Origin: Spirochaetia bacterium
GTDB lineage: Bacteria; Spirochaetota; Spirochaetia; SZUA-6; Bin103
DNA: 64,000 nt
Assembly: GCA_965198005.1 (NCBI GenBank)
Contig: CBDAOI010000004.1
Span: 1 to 64,000, forward strand
Direction: 5' to 3'
In this document: positions 35,944 through 44,586 of the stretch, piece after piece
Layout of the letters: each line of letters starts with the position of its first letter
Numbering within the stretch: the first letter of the stretch is position 1
Made by a program: the position numbers and the translations under genes
Notes under the pieces: generated by a model
What the model was told of the DNA's origin: nothing
What the model saw: only the letters and a program-made list of their open reading frames with translations
Database searches by the model: none

Positions 35944-36321
35944 ATGACTAGTCACGACCTGCAACAGATCGAAGCGCTACTGGACCGGAAGGTGGGCGGG
36001 CTCAAGGACGACGTGGGCACGCTCAAGGATGACGTAGGTACGCTCAAGGATGACGTAGGCACGCTCAAGGACGACGTAGGCACGCTCAAGGACGACGTAG
36101 GCACGCTCAAGGACGACGTAGGCACGCTCAAGGATGACGTAGGCACGCTCAAGGATGACGTAGGCACGCTCAAGGATGACGTAGGCACGCTTCACGAAAA
36201 AGCAGACCACACTCTGGAGCTGCTGCGTGGGATGAGTGGAGGGCGCGTCGAGCGAGACGAGTTCGTGTCCGCCGAGTTGCGAGACCATGACAGACACATT
36301 ACCGCTTTGGAGAATGGCTGA
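35944..36321 (+). CDS. Coiled-coil protein with nine LKDDVGT heptads
   Basis: 125 aa; GGAG RBS; in-frame 21-nt repeats. Confidence 0.75.
   Translation: MTSHDLQQIEALLDRKVGGLKDDVGTLKDDVGTLKDDVGTLKDDVGTLKDDVGTLKDDVGTLKDDVGTLKDDVGTLKDDVGTLHEKADHTLELLRGMSGGRVERDEFVSAELRDHDRHITALENG
36001..36189 (+). repeat. 9 x 21-bp coding minisatellite
   Basis: ctcaaggaYgacgtRggYacg repeated nine times with only synonymous variation. Confidence 0.95.
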
Positions 36322-36381
36322 GGCGGATCATGCACGCGGTAGTACAAAGGACGCTGGTGGAGGCCATCAGGATGGCGGCCG

Positions 36382-36498
36382 CTCAGGGTTACCGTCTGTC
36401 ACTACCCCAGCGGTGCCTCCAAGTGGAACCCGATCGACCATCGCCTGTTCAGCGAGGTCCGCAAGAGCTGGGCCGGCCATCCGCTACGCAGCTACTAG
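36382..36498 (+). pseudogene. ISAzo13-family transposase fragment
   Basis: 'VTVCHYPSGASKWNPIDHRLFSEVRKSWAGHPLRSY*' matches the HYP.G.SKWN.IEHRLFS motif. Confidence 0.75.
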
Positions 36499-36663
36499 TC
36501 CTCCGTCAATCTTTGATGACGGGATAACGGGATATAGATAATTCCCCAAAAAAAGTGCTTGCCCCGTGCGGCGGGCACGGCCCATACTGAGTCTTCGAGT
36601 GCCGCTCCCGGCCGCTCGGCCGGCCGGCGCGTTCTCAAGCAGTGATCCCGCTACAGACATGAC

Positions 36664-38160
36664 ATGATTGGTATCGGACTCGATTTCGGCACCACCAACA
36701 CCACCGTCGCGGTGGCCGACGGTGACCGGATAACCTATCTGGCCCTCGACCCGCTCACCACGCCGGCCACGGTAATGCCCACCGCGCTCTACATCCGGCG
36801 TGCGATGGACCACACCGTGGGGGCGGCCGCCATCGCCAGCTACCTGGGCGACAACGTCGGCCGGGTGGTACGCCTGCGCAAGGTCGACCTCGGCGCCATC
36901 GCGATGATGGTGAACACCACCGACACCGTCGGCGCGCCCGGATACGCGGCCGGCGACGCCGTGGAAGTATCGGTCCGGGTGCGCGGCGACGATGACGCCG
37001 AGCTGCCCGGCCGTCTGTTCCGCGGCCTCAAGAGCTATCTCGGCATCCGCTCGCACGAGCGGTTCAAGGTGTTCGACCGTCAGTTCCGCACGGTGGCGCT
37101 GGTGACCCTGATTCTCGCCGAGCTGCGTGCGACCATCGCCGCACAGGGCCGCGCCGACGTGAGCGACACGCTGCACGTCGGCCGGCCGGTGCGGTTCGTC
37201 GGCGACGAGGACGCCAACGAGATCGCCATGGCCCGCCTGGAGGAGGCGTGCCGCAACGCGGGCTTCAACTCGTTCACCTTCTACCCGGAGCCGCTGGCGG
37301 CCAGCCTGAACTACCTGCACGCGCACCAGCCGGTGGCGCAGCCGGCCGGGGCCGCGGCCGGCGCGGCAGCCTCCGCCTCGCAGGGAACCGCCACCGCGGC
37401 CAACGGCCGGTTCGGTGAATCGGACCTGCTGCTGACCTTCGACTTCGGCGGCGGCACGCTGGACCTGTGCCTGCTGGAGAGTCGCGCCGGGCAGTTTCGC
37501 GTGCTCGGCACGGCCGGCCTGCCGCTCGGCGGCAACCGCATCGACCAGTTGATCATCAAGCACCTCGTGTTCCCGGAGCTGGGCGAGGGGAGCCGGGTGA
37601 AGAGCGCCCGGCACCTGGCCGAGGCGGATACGGTGTTCCCGTTCTACCGCTACTCGGACTACCTGTTGAACTGGCAGATGGCGTACATGATGAACCAGCC
37701 GGACCTGATGGACACGCTGTTTGCCGGCCTGCGTTCCGGCGCCGAGCAGCAGCTCAAGCTGGGCCGGTTGTGGCGGCTGATCCGCGGCAACTACGCTTAT
37801 GCCCTGCTGAACGCCACCGAGCGCGCCAAGGCGCGCCTGTCGGAGGCGGAGCACGCGGCGATCTATCTGCCGGAGATCGATCTGGACATTCCGCTCGACC
37901 GCGGCATGCTGGAGCGCATCCTGGCGCCCGCGGTGGACGAAATCGAGACCGCGGTCACCGCGCTGCTGGAACGGACCGGGGTGCCGGCGGAGCGCATCCA
38001 CCGGGTAGTGTGCACCGGCGGGTCATCGCAGCTGCTGCCGGTGCAGGCGCTGCTGGAGGAGCTGTTTCCCGGACGGATCGAACGGTTCGACTTCTACCGC
38101 AGCATCGCGGGCGGGCTCGCCCTCGCCAATGCGCGCGGCTATCAGTATGCCCTTCCCTGA
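36664..38160 (+). CDS. Hsp70-family protein (YegD-like, ATPase domain only)
   Basis: 'GIGLDFGTTNT', 'GRPVRF', 'PEPLAA', 'FDFGGGTLD', 'TGGSS'. Confidence 0.9.
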   Translation: MIGIGLDFGTTNTTVAVADGDRITYLALDPLTTPATVMPTALYIRRAMDHTVGAAAIASYLGDNVGRVVRLRKVDLGAIAMMVNTTDTVGAPGYAAGDAVEVSVRVRGDDDAELPGRLFRGLKSYLGIRSHERFKVFDRQFRTVALVTLILAELRATIAAQGRADVSDTLHVGRPVRFVGDEDANEIAMARLEEACRNAGFNSFTFYPEPLAASLNYLHAHQPVAQPAGAAAGAAASASQGTATAANGRFGESDLLLTFDFGGGTLDLCLLESRAGQFRVLGTAGLPLGGNRIDQLIIKHLVFPELGEGSRVKSARHLAEADTVFPFYRYSDYLLNWQMAYMMNQPDLMDTLFAGLRSGAEQQLKLGRLWRLIRGNYAYALLNATERAKARLSEAEHAAIYLPEIDLDIPLDRGMLERILAPAVDEIETAVTALLERTGVPAERIHRVVCTGGSSQLLPVQALLEELFPGRIERFDFYRSIAGGLALANARGYQYALP

Positions 38161-38169
38161 CCGCGGCCG

Positions 38170-38928
38170 GTGACTGTTACCGCCGTCCGCACCCCGCTGA
38201 TCGACCCCGGTGCCGACCTGGCTGCCGTGATCCGCGCCAGCCTGACCGGCCCGCTGCCGGACCGCTGCGTGGTGGTGGTGGCGTCGAAGATCGTCAGCAT
38301 CGCGGAGGGGCGCCTCACCGGCACCGCCGGCGACCGGGAACACCTGCACCGGCTGGTGCGCGCCGAGGCCGAGCACTACCTGGAGCCGCACAGCTCGCGC
38401 TACGGCGTGATGCTCACGATCAAGGGCAACTGGATGTTCGTGAACGCCGGCATCGACCAGTCCAACGCCGCCGGCCGGCTGGCGCTCTGGCCGCGCGATC
38501 CGCAGCGCAGCGTCAATGAGCTGTGGCGGCAGCTCCGGGAGCACACCGGCGGGCGGCGCCGGCTGGGGCTGGTGATGGCGGACAGCGGCGGCGTGCCGCT
38601 CAACTGGGGCGTCATCGGCCGCGGCATCGCCCACTGCGGATTTCAGGCGCTGCGCAGCTACGTCGGCGCGCCCGACCTGTACGGGCGGCCGATGACCATG
38701 GAGAAGACCAATCTCGTCCAGTCGATCGCCGCCGCCGCGGTGCTGGAGATGGGCGAGGGCAGCGAGCAGACGCCGGTCGCGGTGGTCGGGGGGATCGGCA
38801 ACATCCGCTTCCAGCAGCGCGAACCGACCGCGGCGGAGCTGTGCGCGCTGCGGATCGCGCTCGAGGACGACGTCTACGCGCCGCTGCTCACCAGCGTACC
38901 GTGGCAGCGCGGCGGCGGCGGCGCCTGA
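38170..38928 (+). CDS. Coenzyme F420-0:gamma-glutamyl ligase (CofE) family protein
   Basis: 'VVVASKIVSIAEGR', 'NAGIDQSN', 'DLYGRPM', 'MGEGSEQTPVAVV'. Confidence 0.85.
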   Translation: MTVTAVRTPLIDPGADLAAVIRASLTGPLPDRCVVVVASKIVSIAEGRLTGTAGDREHLHRLVRAEAEHYLEPHSSRYGVMLTIKGNWMFVNAGIDQSNAAGRLALWPRDPQRSVNELWRQLREHTGGRRRLGLVMADSGGVPLNWGVIGRGIAHCGFQALRSYVGAPDLYGRPMTMEKTNLVQSIAAAAVLEMGEGSEQTPVAVVGGIGNIRFQQREPTAAELCALRIALEDDVYAPLLTSVPWQRGGGGA

Positions 38929-39016
38929 CGCTCCCGGAAGACGTCAGCGGTCGTAGTCGGCCTGCTCCGGGAGATAGGCGTGCCGAAGCGCCAACAGTTC
39001 CGGGTCCAGGCAGGCG

Positions 39017-39529
39017 TCAGCGGTCGCTCTCCGCCTGCTCCGGGAGTTCCCGCTCCGGGAGCTGGCCGCGCAGCCGTTCGGCCAGCGACTCGCCCTGTTC
39101 CAACGCCAGGTCGTGCGGTGCCACGTGGCGCCGCAGATCGTCGTGCAGCGGCCGATAGTTCTCGAACTCCGGGGAGATGGTCAGCAGCCGGTCGTCGCGT
39201 TCGACGTAGGCGTACGCCAGCTCGCGGCCGTCGTGCGTGCGCGCCCGGCCGGCGAAGGTCACCTCCGGCCACGCATAGCTGGTGGTCTCCTCCCCGAATT
39301 CACAGACCGTGATCCCGGCCTCGTCGGTGGCCACGTAGCTCGCCAGGTGCTTGCGGGTGATGCGCACGATGCGGAAGCACAGGTAGCCGAGCGGTACCAG
39401 CGCCAGCAGCCCCACCACCACCTGCACCAGCGCCGCGACTACCAGCGCCGCGACCACCAGCGCCGCCATCACCGCCACCGGCACCAGCATGCGCGGGTGG
39501 GACTTGATCGTTACGCGGGCGGTTACCAT
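39017..39529 (-). CDS. Hypothetical membrane protein
   Basis: Two N-terminal hydrophobic helices followed by a soluble beta-rich domain. Confidence 0.6.
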   Translation of the reverse strand: MVTARVTIKSHPRMLVPVAVMAALVVAALVVAALVQVVVGLLALVPLGYLCFRIVRITRKHLASYVATDEAGITVCEFGEETTSYAWPEVTFAGRARTHDGRELAYAYVERDDRLLTISPEFENYRPLHDDLRRHVAPHDLALEQGESLAERLRGQLPERELPEQAESDR

Positions 39530-39660
39530 GTGCACTCGGACCATAGGCGCCGCCGCCGCCGCCGTCAACGCGGTCAAGCGGCCGGGCCGGCGCTGGCGCC
39601 CACGACAACGTCTTGCAGCGGATTCACCCGCTGCTGCATTGTGAGCGCGAGGAGATGGCC

Positions 39661-39828
39661 ATGCAGCTTTACGCCGGGGTGGATCTGGGCGGCACCAAGA
39701 TCGCGGCCGTCGTGATGACCGGCGACTGGCGCGTTCTCGCCCGCACCAGGGTCGCCGCCGACGCCGGAACCGGGGGCGCGCACGGGGCGGTGGCGGCGGT
39801 GCGCGCGATGCCGGGGGCGGCGGACTGA
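39661..39828 (+). pseudogene. Truncated ROK-family sugar kinase N-terminus
   Basis: 'YAGVDLGGTKI' phosphate-1 motif; stops after 55 aa; its TGA overlaps the ppx ATG. Confidence 0.6.
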
Positions 39829-41387
39829 TGGCCGCGGCACGTCGCGCCGGCCCGACCGGCCTGCTGGCGGTGCTGGACGTGGGCTCCAGCGCCTTCCGCC
39901 TGCAGATCGTGGACCGCCACGCCGACGGGAGCTGGGACGTGGTGGATCGGGCCGAGAAGCCGGTGGCGCTGGGGCGCGACGTATTTTCCTACGGGCGCAT
40001 CAGCGGCGAGACACTGAGCCGGGGCGTCCAGGTGCTGAGCGGGTTCCGCGAGCTGCTGGCCGGCTGGCGCATCCCGCCGGAGTCCACCTTCGTGATCGGC
40101 ACCAGCGCGCTGCGCGAGGCGCCCAACGGCGACAGCTTCGTGGATCGGGCGGCGGTGCGAACCGGGCTCAAGATCGAGCTCATTTCGGAGGCGGCCGAGA
40201 GCCAGCTCACCTACCTCGCAGTGCGGTTTGCGATCGGCCGGGTGCTGCCGCAGTTGTTGCGCTCGACCGCATTGATCATCGAGGTGGGGGGCGGCCACAC
40301 CACGCTGGTGCTGGTCAAGCGGGGCCGCATATCGGCCCTGCGCACCCTGAAGGTGGGCACCGTGCGGATGGAACGGCCGTTGCGGGTGGCCACCGGGGTG
40401 CACATGCCGCCGCGCCAGGTCGTGCAGGAGGCGATCGGACCGACCCTGGCCACGGTGCGCAAGGATCTCCAGTTGGGCAGCGTCAGCACGGTGATCGCGG
40501 TCGGCAGTGACGTACGGTTCGCCGCCGACGCCGTGGGCGAGGACGTCGGCCGGTACGTCTCACGGGTGGGCGGCGCCGCCTTCGATCGGTTCATCGAGCG
40601 GATCGTGGCGCTGCCGGTGGCGGAGGCGGTGCGCGAATTCCAGATCTCGTACAGCGACGCCGAGCTGCTCGTGCCGGGACTGCTGATGTACCGGTTGTTC
40701 CTGGATCAGACCGCCGCGGACGAAGTGATCGTGGCCCGGGTCAGCATGCGCGAGGGCGTGCTGGTAAGCAACGGCGCCACTGCCGGCGGACCGCCGGGTG
40801 AATTGCGCCCCCAGAAGATCGCCAATGCGATCAGTCTCGGCCGGCGCTATCGGTTCGACGAGCGCCACGCCCGGCACGTGGCGCTGCTGGCCTGCCGGCT
40901 GTTCGACGAACTGCAGACGGATCACGGGCTGGGCGCACCGCAACGGGTACTGCTGGAGATGAGCGCCATTCTGCACGACATCGGCATGGCGATCCGGGCG
41001 AGCGGGCACCACAAGCACGGCCACTACATCGTCAGCAACTCCGAGATCTTCGGTCTCACCGCCCGCGACCAGGCGATCGTGGCCAACGTGGTGCGGTACC
41101 ATCGCCGGGCACTGCCGTCACCGTCACACCAGAGCTACATGGCGCTGGCGCGCGCCGACCGCCTCGTGGTGACCAAGCTGGCGGCGCTGCTGCGGGTGGC
41201 GGATGCGCTGGACCGCAGCCATCAGGCGCGGGTGCGCGACCTCAAGGTCGAGACCGGGCCGGACGAGGCGATCATCTACTGCGACTACGGCGGCAACCTG
41301 GCGCTCAAGACGCTGGCGCTGGAACGCAAGGCCGACCTGTTCCAGGAGGCGTTGGGGCGGCGCGTGCGGCTGGAGCGGCTCGGCTGA
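39828..41387 (+). CDS. ppx: Ppx/GppA exopolyphosphatase with HD domain
   Basis: 'LDVGSSAFRL', 'GTSALREAPN', 'IEVGGG', 'MREG', 'LHDIG', 'LRVADALD'. Confidence 0.9.
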   Translation: MAAARRAGPTGLLAVLDVGSSAFRLQIVDRHADGSWDVVDRAEKPVALGRDVFSYGRISGETLSRGVQVLSGFRELLAGWRIPPESTFVIGTSALREAPNGDSFVDRAAVRTGLKIELISEAAESQLTYLAVRFAIGRVLPQLLRSTALIIEVGGGHTTLVLVKRGRISALRTLKVGTVRMERPLRVATGVHMPPRQVVQEAIGPTLATVRKDLQLGSVSTVIAVGSDVRFAADAVGEDVGRYVSRVGGAAFDRFIERIVALPVAEAVREFQISYSDAELLVPGLLMYRLFLDQTAADEVIVARVSMREGVLVSNGATAGGPPGELRPQKIANAISLGRRYRFDERHARHVALLACRLFDELQTDHGLGAPQRVLLEMSAILHDIGMAIRASGHHKHGHYIVSNSEIFGLTARDQAIVANVVRYHRRALPSPSHQSYMALARADRLVVTKLAALLRVADALDRSHQARVRDLKVETGPDEAIIYCDYGGNLALKTLALERKADLFQEALGRRVRLERLG

Positions 41388-41431
41388 CCGGCGCTCCCGC
41401 GCCGCCGCTGCCCGCGCCCGGCCGCGCGGCC

Positions 41432-42235
41432 TCACATCTTGTTCGCGCAGCCGCCGTCGACGTTGATCACTTCGCCGGTGATGAAGCGCGCTTCGTCGGA
41501 CACCAGGAACAGCACCAGGTTGGCGACGTCGGCGGGGTAGCCCGGCCCCTGCACGATCTGGGCCAGGTCGAACATCTTCTCGAACACGTGATGGCCGCCG
41601 TCGGGATCGTTGATCGTGCCGCGCGTGGCTCCGGGGGTCATGATCTGGCCCGGCCGTACGCCGTTGACGCGGATGGCGTGCTCGCCGCCGATCCCGGCCA
41701 GATAGCGGGTGAACGCATCCACCCCCGCCTTGGCCGCCCAGTACGAGGAGCAGGTGGCGCCGAATTCGGCGCGCATGCGCGGACTCATGCCGCGCTGGGC
41801 GGCCAGCGACGACATGTTGACCACGGCGCCGCCGCCGGCCGCGATCAGGTGCGGCCACACCGCCTGGCTCATCAGGAACGTCCCCACCAGGTTCAGCTCG
41901 ACCACCCCTCTGAAGTCCGCCACCGTTTCGTCCGGAAAATTGCCGCGCGCGCCGCCGCCGGCGTTGTTGACCAGGAGGTCGATCCGGTCAAATGCGTCCT
42001 TGGCGTCGGCCACCGCGTCGGTCACCGAGTCCTGGTCGGTGACGTTGCAGGGAATGAACATCGCGTCGCCGCCGTTGTAGCGGATCGAGGCCTCCACCGC
42101 GCGCCCCAGCGGCTCGCGCCGCGCCATCAGGATGACGCGCGCACCCTCGCGCGCGAACAGATGCGCGATACCCTCGCCGATGCCGCTGTTGCCGCCGGTG
42201 ACGACCGCTACCTTACCGTCAAGTCTGCCTGTCAT
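41432..42235 (-). CDS. SDR-family oxidoreductase
   Basis: TGGNSGIG, NNAG, YWAAK catalytic motif, 'ITGEVINVDGG'. Confidence 0.95.
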   Translation of the reverse strand: MTGRLDGKVAVVTGGNSGIGEGIAHLFAREGARVILMARREPLGRAVEASIRYNGGDAMFIPCNVTDQDSVTDAVADAKDAFDRIDLLVNNAGGGARGNFPDETVADFRGVVELNLVGTFLMSQAVWPHLIAAGGGAVVNMSSLAAQRGMSPRMRAEFGATCSSYWAAKAGVDAFTRYLAGIGGEHAIRVNGVRPGQIMTPGATRGTINDPDGGHHVFEKMFDLAQIVQGPGYPADVANLVLFLVSDEARFITGEVINVDGGCANKM

Positions 42236-42254
42236 GGGCCTACCATACCCCGGT

Positions 42255-43915
42255 TTACAGGTTCATCTCCACCTGCGCGCCGAAGGTGTGGTTGGTGGCG
42301 GTTGCGCCGCTCTCCAGGTTGCGGTTGCGGATATGCTCCAGACCGTAGTTGACGCGCCCGCGCACCGTCGCCGCCGGCAGCACCAGCCGGCCGACGACCG
42401 CGAACTCGAACTGGAACACCTCCTCCAGCAGGTCCTGCGTGAGGAAGGTGGCGCGGCGGCCGACGAAGGACGCCCTGCGGTCGACGTAGCCGTCGTCCCA
42501 GATCGTGCCGTCGTGGCCCGGGCGGTCCGACGCGTTGCCGTGACGAATGGCGCGGGCGCGCGCTTCCAGGTCCACCTCCGGCAGCGGGGTCACCACCGCC
42601 GCCAGCGTCCACTGGTCGGAATTGGGCGGCAGCCGGCTGCCCAGCGGCTGCGAGCGGTGGGTGTAGGTGAGGTAGTTGATCGGCTGGTGCCGGGAGTGGG
42701 TGTAGGTGTAGGGGGCCACGAACAGGTAGTCGAGCGTTATCACCCCGGGCAGCGGGTACGGCGCCCAGGCCACTGCCGCCAGTCCGGCGGTCTTGTTGTC
42801 CAGCGGGTTGGGGTTGAAGGTGGTGCCTTCGAACAACTGGAAGTCGTCGACGTACAGGGTGGCGGACAGGCTGAGATCGAACGGCAGCCGCAGGCGCGTG
42901 CTGATGCCACCGAACACGTTGTCGTAGTTCAGATTGTAGGGTTCGGTGAGCGCTGCGGTCGGCAGCAGCGCGTACAGCGAGATGCGCCCTCCGAACAGCG
43001 TGGCGGTGAACAGGTCGAAGCTCAGCCACGGCGACGGGTGCCACTGCACCGCGTGCACCATCAGGTACTTGGAGGGAAAGCGCCCGCCGTCGGTGAGCGA
43101 GCCTCGGAGCGAGTACCTCTGCCCCGGCTGTTCGCAGGCCCCGTGCGGTTTATTTTCCCACTGCAGACCGCCTGGTCGGCCAGCAGGTCCAGGAACGCGG
43201 CGGAGTAGATGAACGACTCGCTCCGATAGGTCACCGTCAGTTGCGCCGCCGGCGCCGCGCCGGCGCCCAGCACCACGCTGTCGTGCAGCGCCGAGCCGAA
43301 CGCGCGCTGCACGAAGCCGGCCTGCACGTGCACCGTGGGCGTCCCGAACGCGGCCAGCGCGCGCAGGTCGGCGCGCGCCTCGAACGGCTCGAAGTCGGGG
43401 CCGACGTTGTCGAACATGTAGGCGGGCGGCACCTGGTAACTCAGGCGCGGCTGGCGGATGCTCTCCCACCAGTAGCGGATGCCGCCGGCATAGGCGAACA
43501 GGCCGGGGCCCAGCGCCGTGGACTCGAGCCCGGCGCCGAACGCCACCCCCGACGCCGGCGTGTCGGTGCCGCCGGCCATCGCGATGCCGCCGAATCCGGT
43601 CACCGCGAACGGCGGACCGGCGTCGAGCAGCCGGCCGCGGGCGCGCGGCTCCAGCGCTCTCAGGTAGACCTCGGCCAGCGCCCGCGCCCGGCGGTCTCCG
43701 ACCCTGGCCACCCGCCGCAGCATCGCCGCCACCGCCTGCGGCGCGTAGGGGCGCAACGCCGGCAACGGCGCCAAGTACCCCTTGAGCTCCCACACCGCCA
43801 AGTGGCGGTAGATCGCGTCGTCCGGATCGTACAGCGACTGTGCGCCCAGCGCCGCGGCCAGGCCCAGGAACAGCCCCACGCCGGCCGCGGCCATCATCCA
43901 GCGGCGAATCGTCAC
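42255..43915 (-). CDS. Outer-membrane beta-barrel protein (Wzi-like); frameshift near 43165
   Basis: Signal peptide ending ALGA|Q; 'FGSALHDSVVL', 'YLMVH', 'PYTYTH', 'LGSRLPPNSD'. Two overlapping ORF-track pieces join. Confidence 0.6.
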
Positions 43916-44045
43916 TCCCCAACTCACTGCCCCGTACCCTACACCGCCACGCCCCCGCCTGCACCCCCCGGCGCGCACGACGCTCGTCGTCCCCGCGCTG
44001 CAGCACGCGCTTAGTGGCGTCGCGTTGGGCGGGCCACCGGCGCAT

Positions 44046-44273
44046 TTATCGAGTTTGGGTCATCCGTTCCCGGAGTGCGGCGTTGATCAGCGTCTGGTAG
44101 CCCACCTTCTTGATCCCGGCGAGTTTCCGAAAATACAGCACTACGTCATCGTCCAGCCGGATCGTCACCGATTTCTTCTTCCGCGAATAGAAGCGTCCGC
44201 GCATCGCCTCCTTGCCGGAAGAGTCATACTCCTCCGGGAGTTCATAGTCATCCCAGTCAGATCGATTCTTCAT
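44046..44273 (-). CDS. brnA: BrnA-like antitoxin
   Basis: 'EEYD...KKSVTIRLDDDVVLYFR...GYQTLINAALR'. Confidence 0.85.
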   Translation of the reverse strand: MKNRSDWDDYELPEEYDSSGKEAMRGRFYSRKKKSVTIRLDDDVVLYFRKLAGIKKVGYQTLINAALRERMTQTR

Positions 44274-44439
44274 ATTGCCGCTGCTCCCGCGGTGTCGCTC
44301 GACGTGCACTGATCAATCGCACGATTCCTTCGCCGCTCAGATGCAGCGGATCGCCGAACACCTCTGACGCCTCCTCCAACGAGACGCCGCGCTTGCGCTG
44401 ATTTGTGCGATTTTTGCGCTCATCCCATTCGAAGCGCAC
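44257..44439 (-). pseudogene. brnT: BrnT-like toxin with in-frame internal deletion
   Basis: 'FEWDERKNRTNQRKRGVSLEEA..VFGDP' joined directly to 'VRLISARRAT..E'. Only 60 aa; central strands missing. Confidence 0.75.
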
Positions 44440-44456
44440 ACTATTCGTTACGGCGC

Positions 44457-44547
44457 CAGGGTCAGGCCGAGCGCGCGGCGCACGCGCTGCGGCAGGTCGA
44501 GGCGCCGGGCGGCGGCGAAGTAGCCGGCCTTGAAGGCGAACCGCTTG
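44457..44547 (-). repeat. Collapsed duplicate of the oppF-like gene (island boundary scar)
   Basis: 44457-44501 matches 58525-58569 (40/45) and 44502-44547 matches 59089-59134 (44/46), same orientation. Confidence 0.85.
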
Positions 44548-44586
44548 AAACGCTTGGTTGACGATCCACCCCATAGCCCGGCCAGA

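Noticed and set aside
36001-36189. 21-bp repeats as a CRISPR array
   Set aside because: Contiguous repeats with no spacers, in-frame coding, no cas genes.
36520-36546. gggatatagataattccc as an IS terminal repeat
   Set aside because: No partner end or cognate transposase found in the window.
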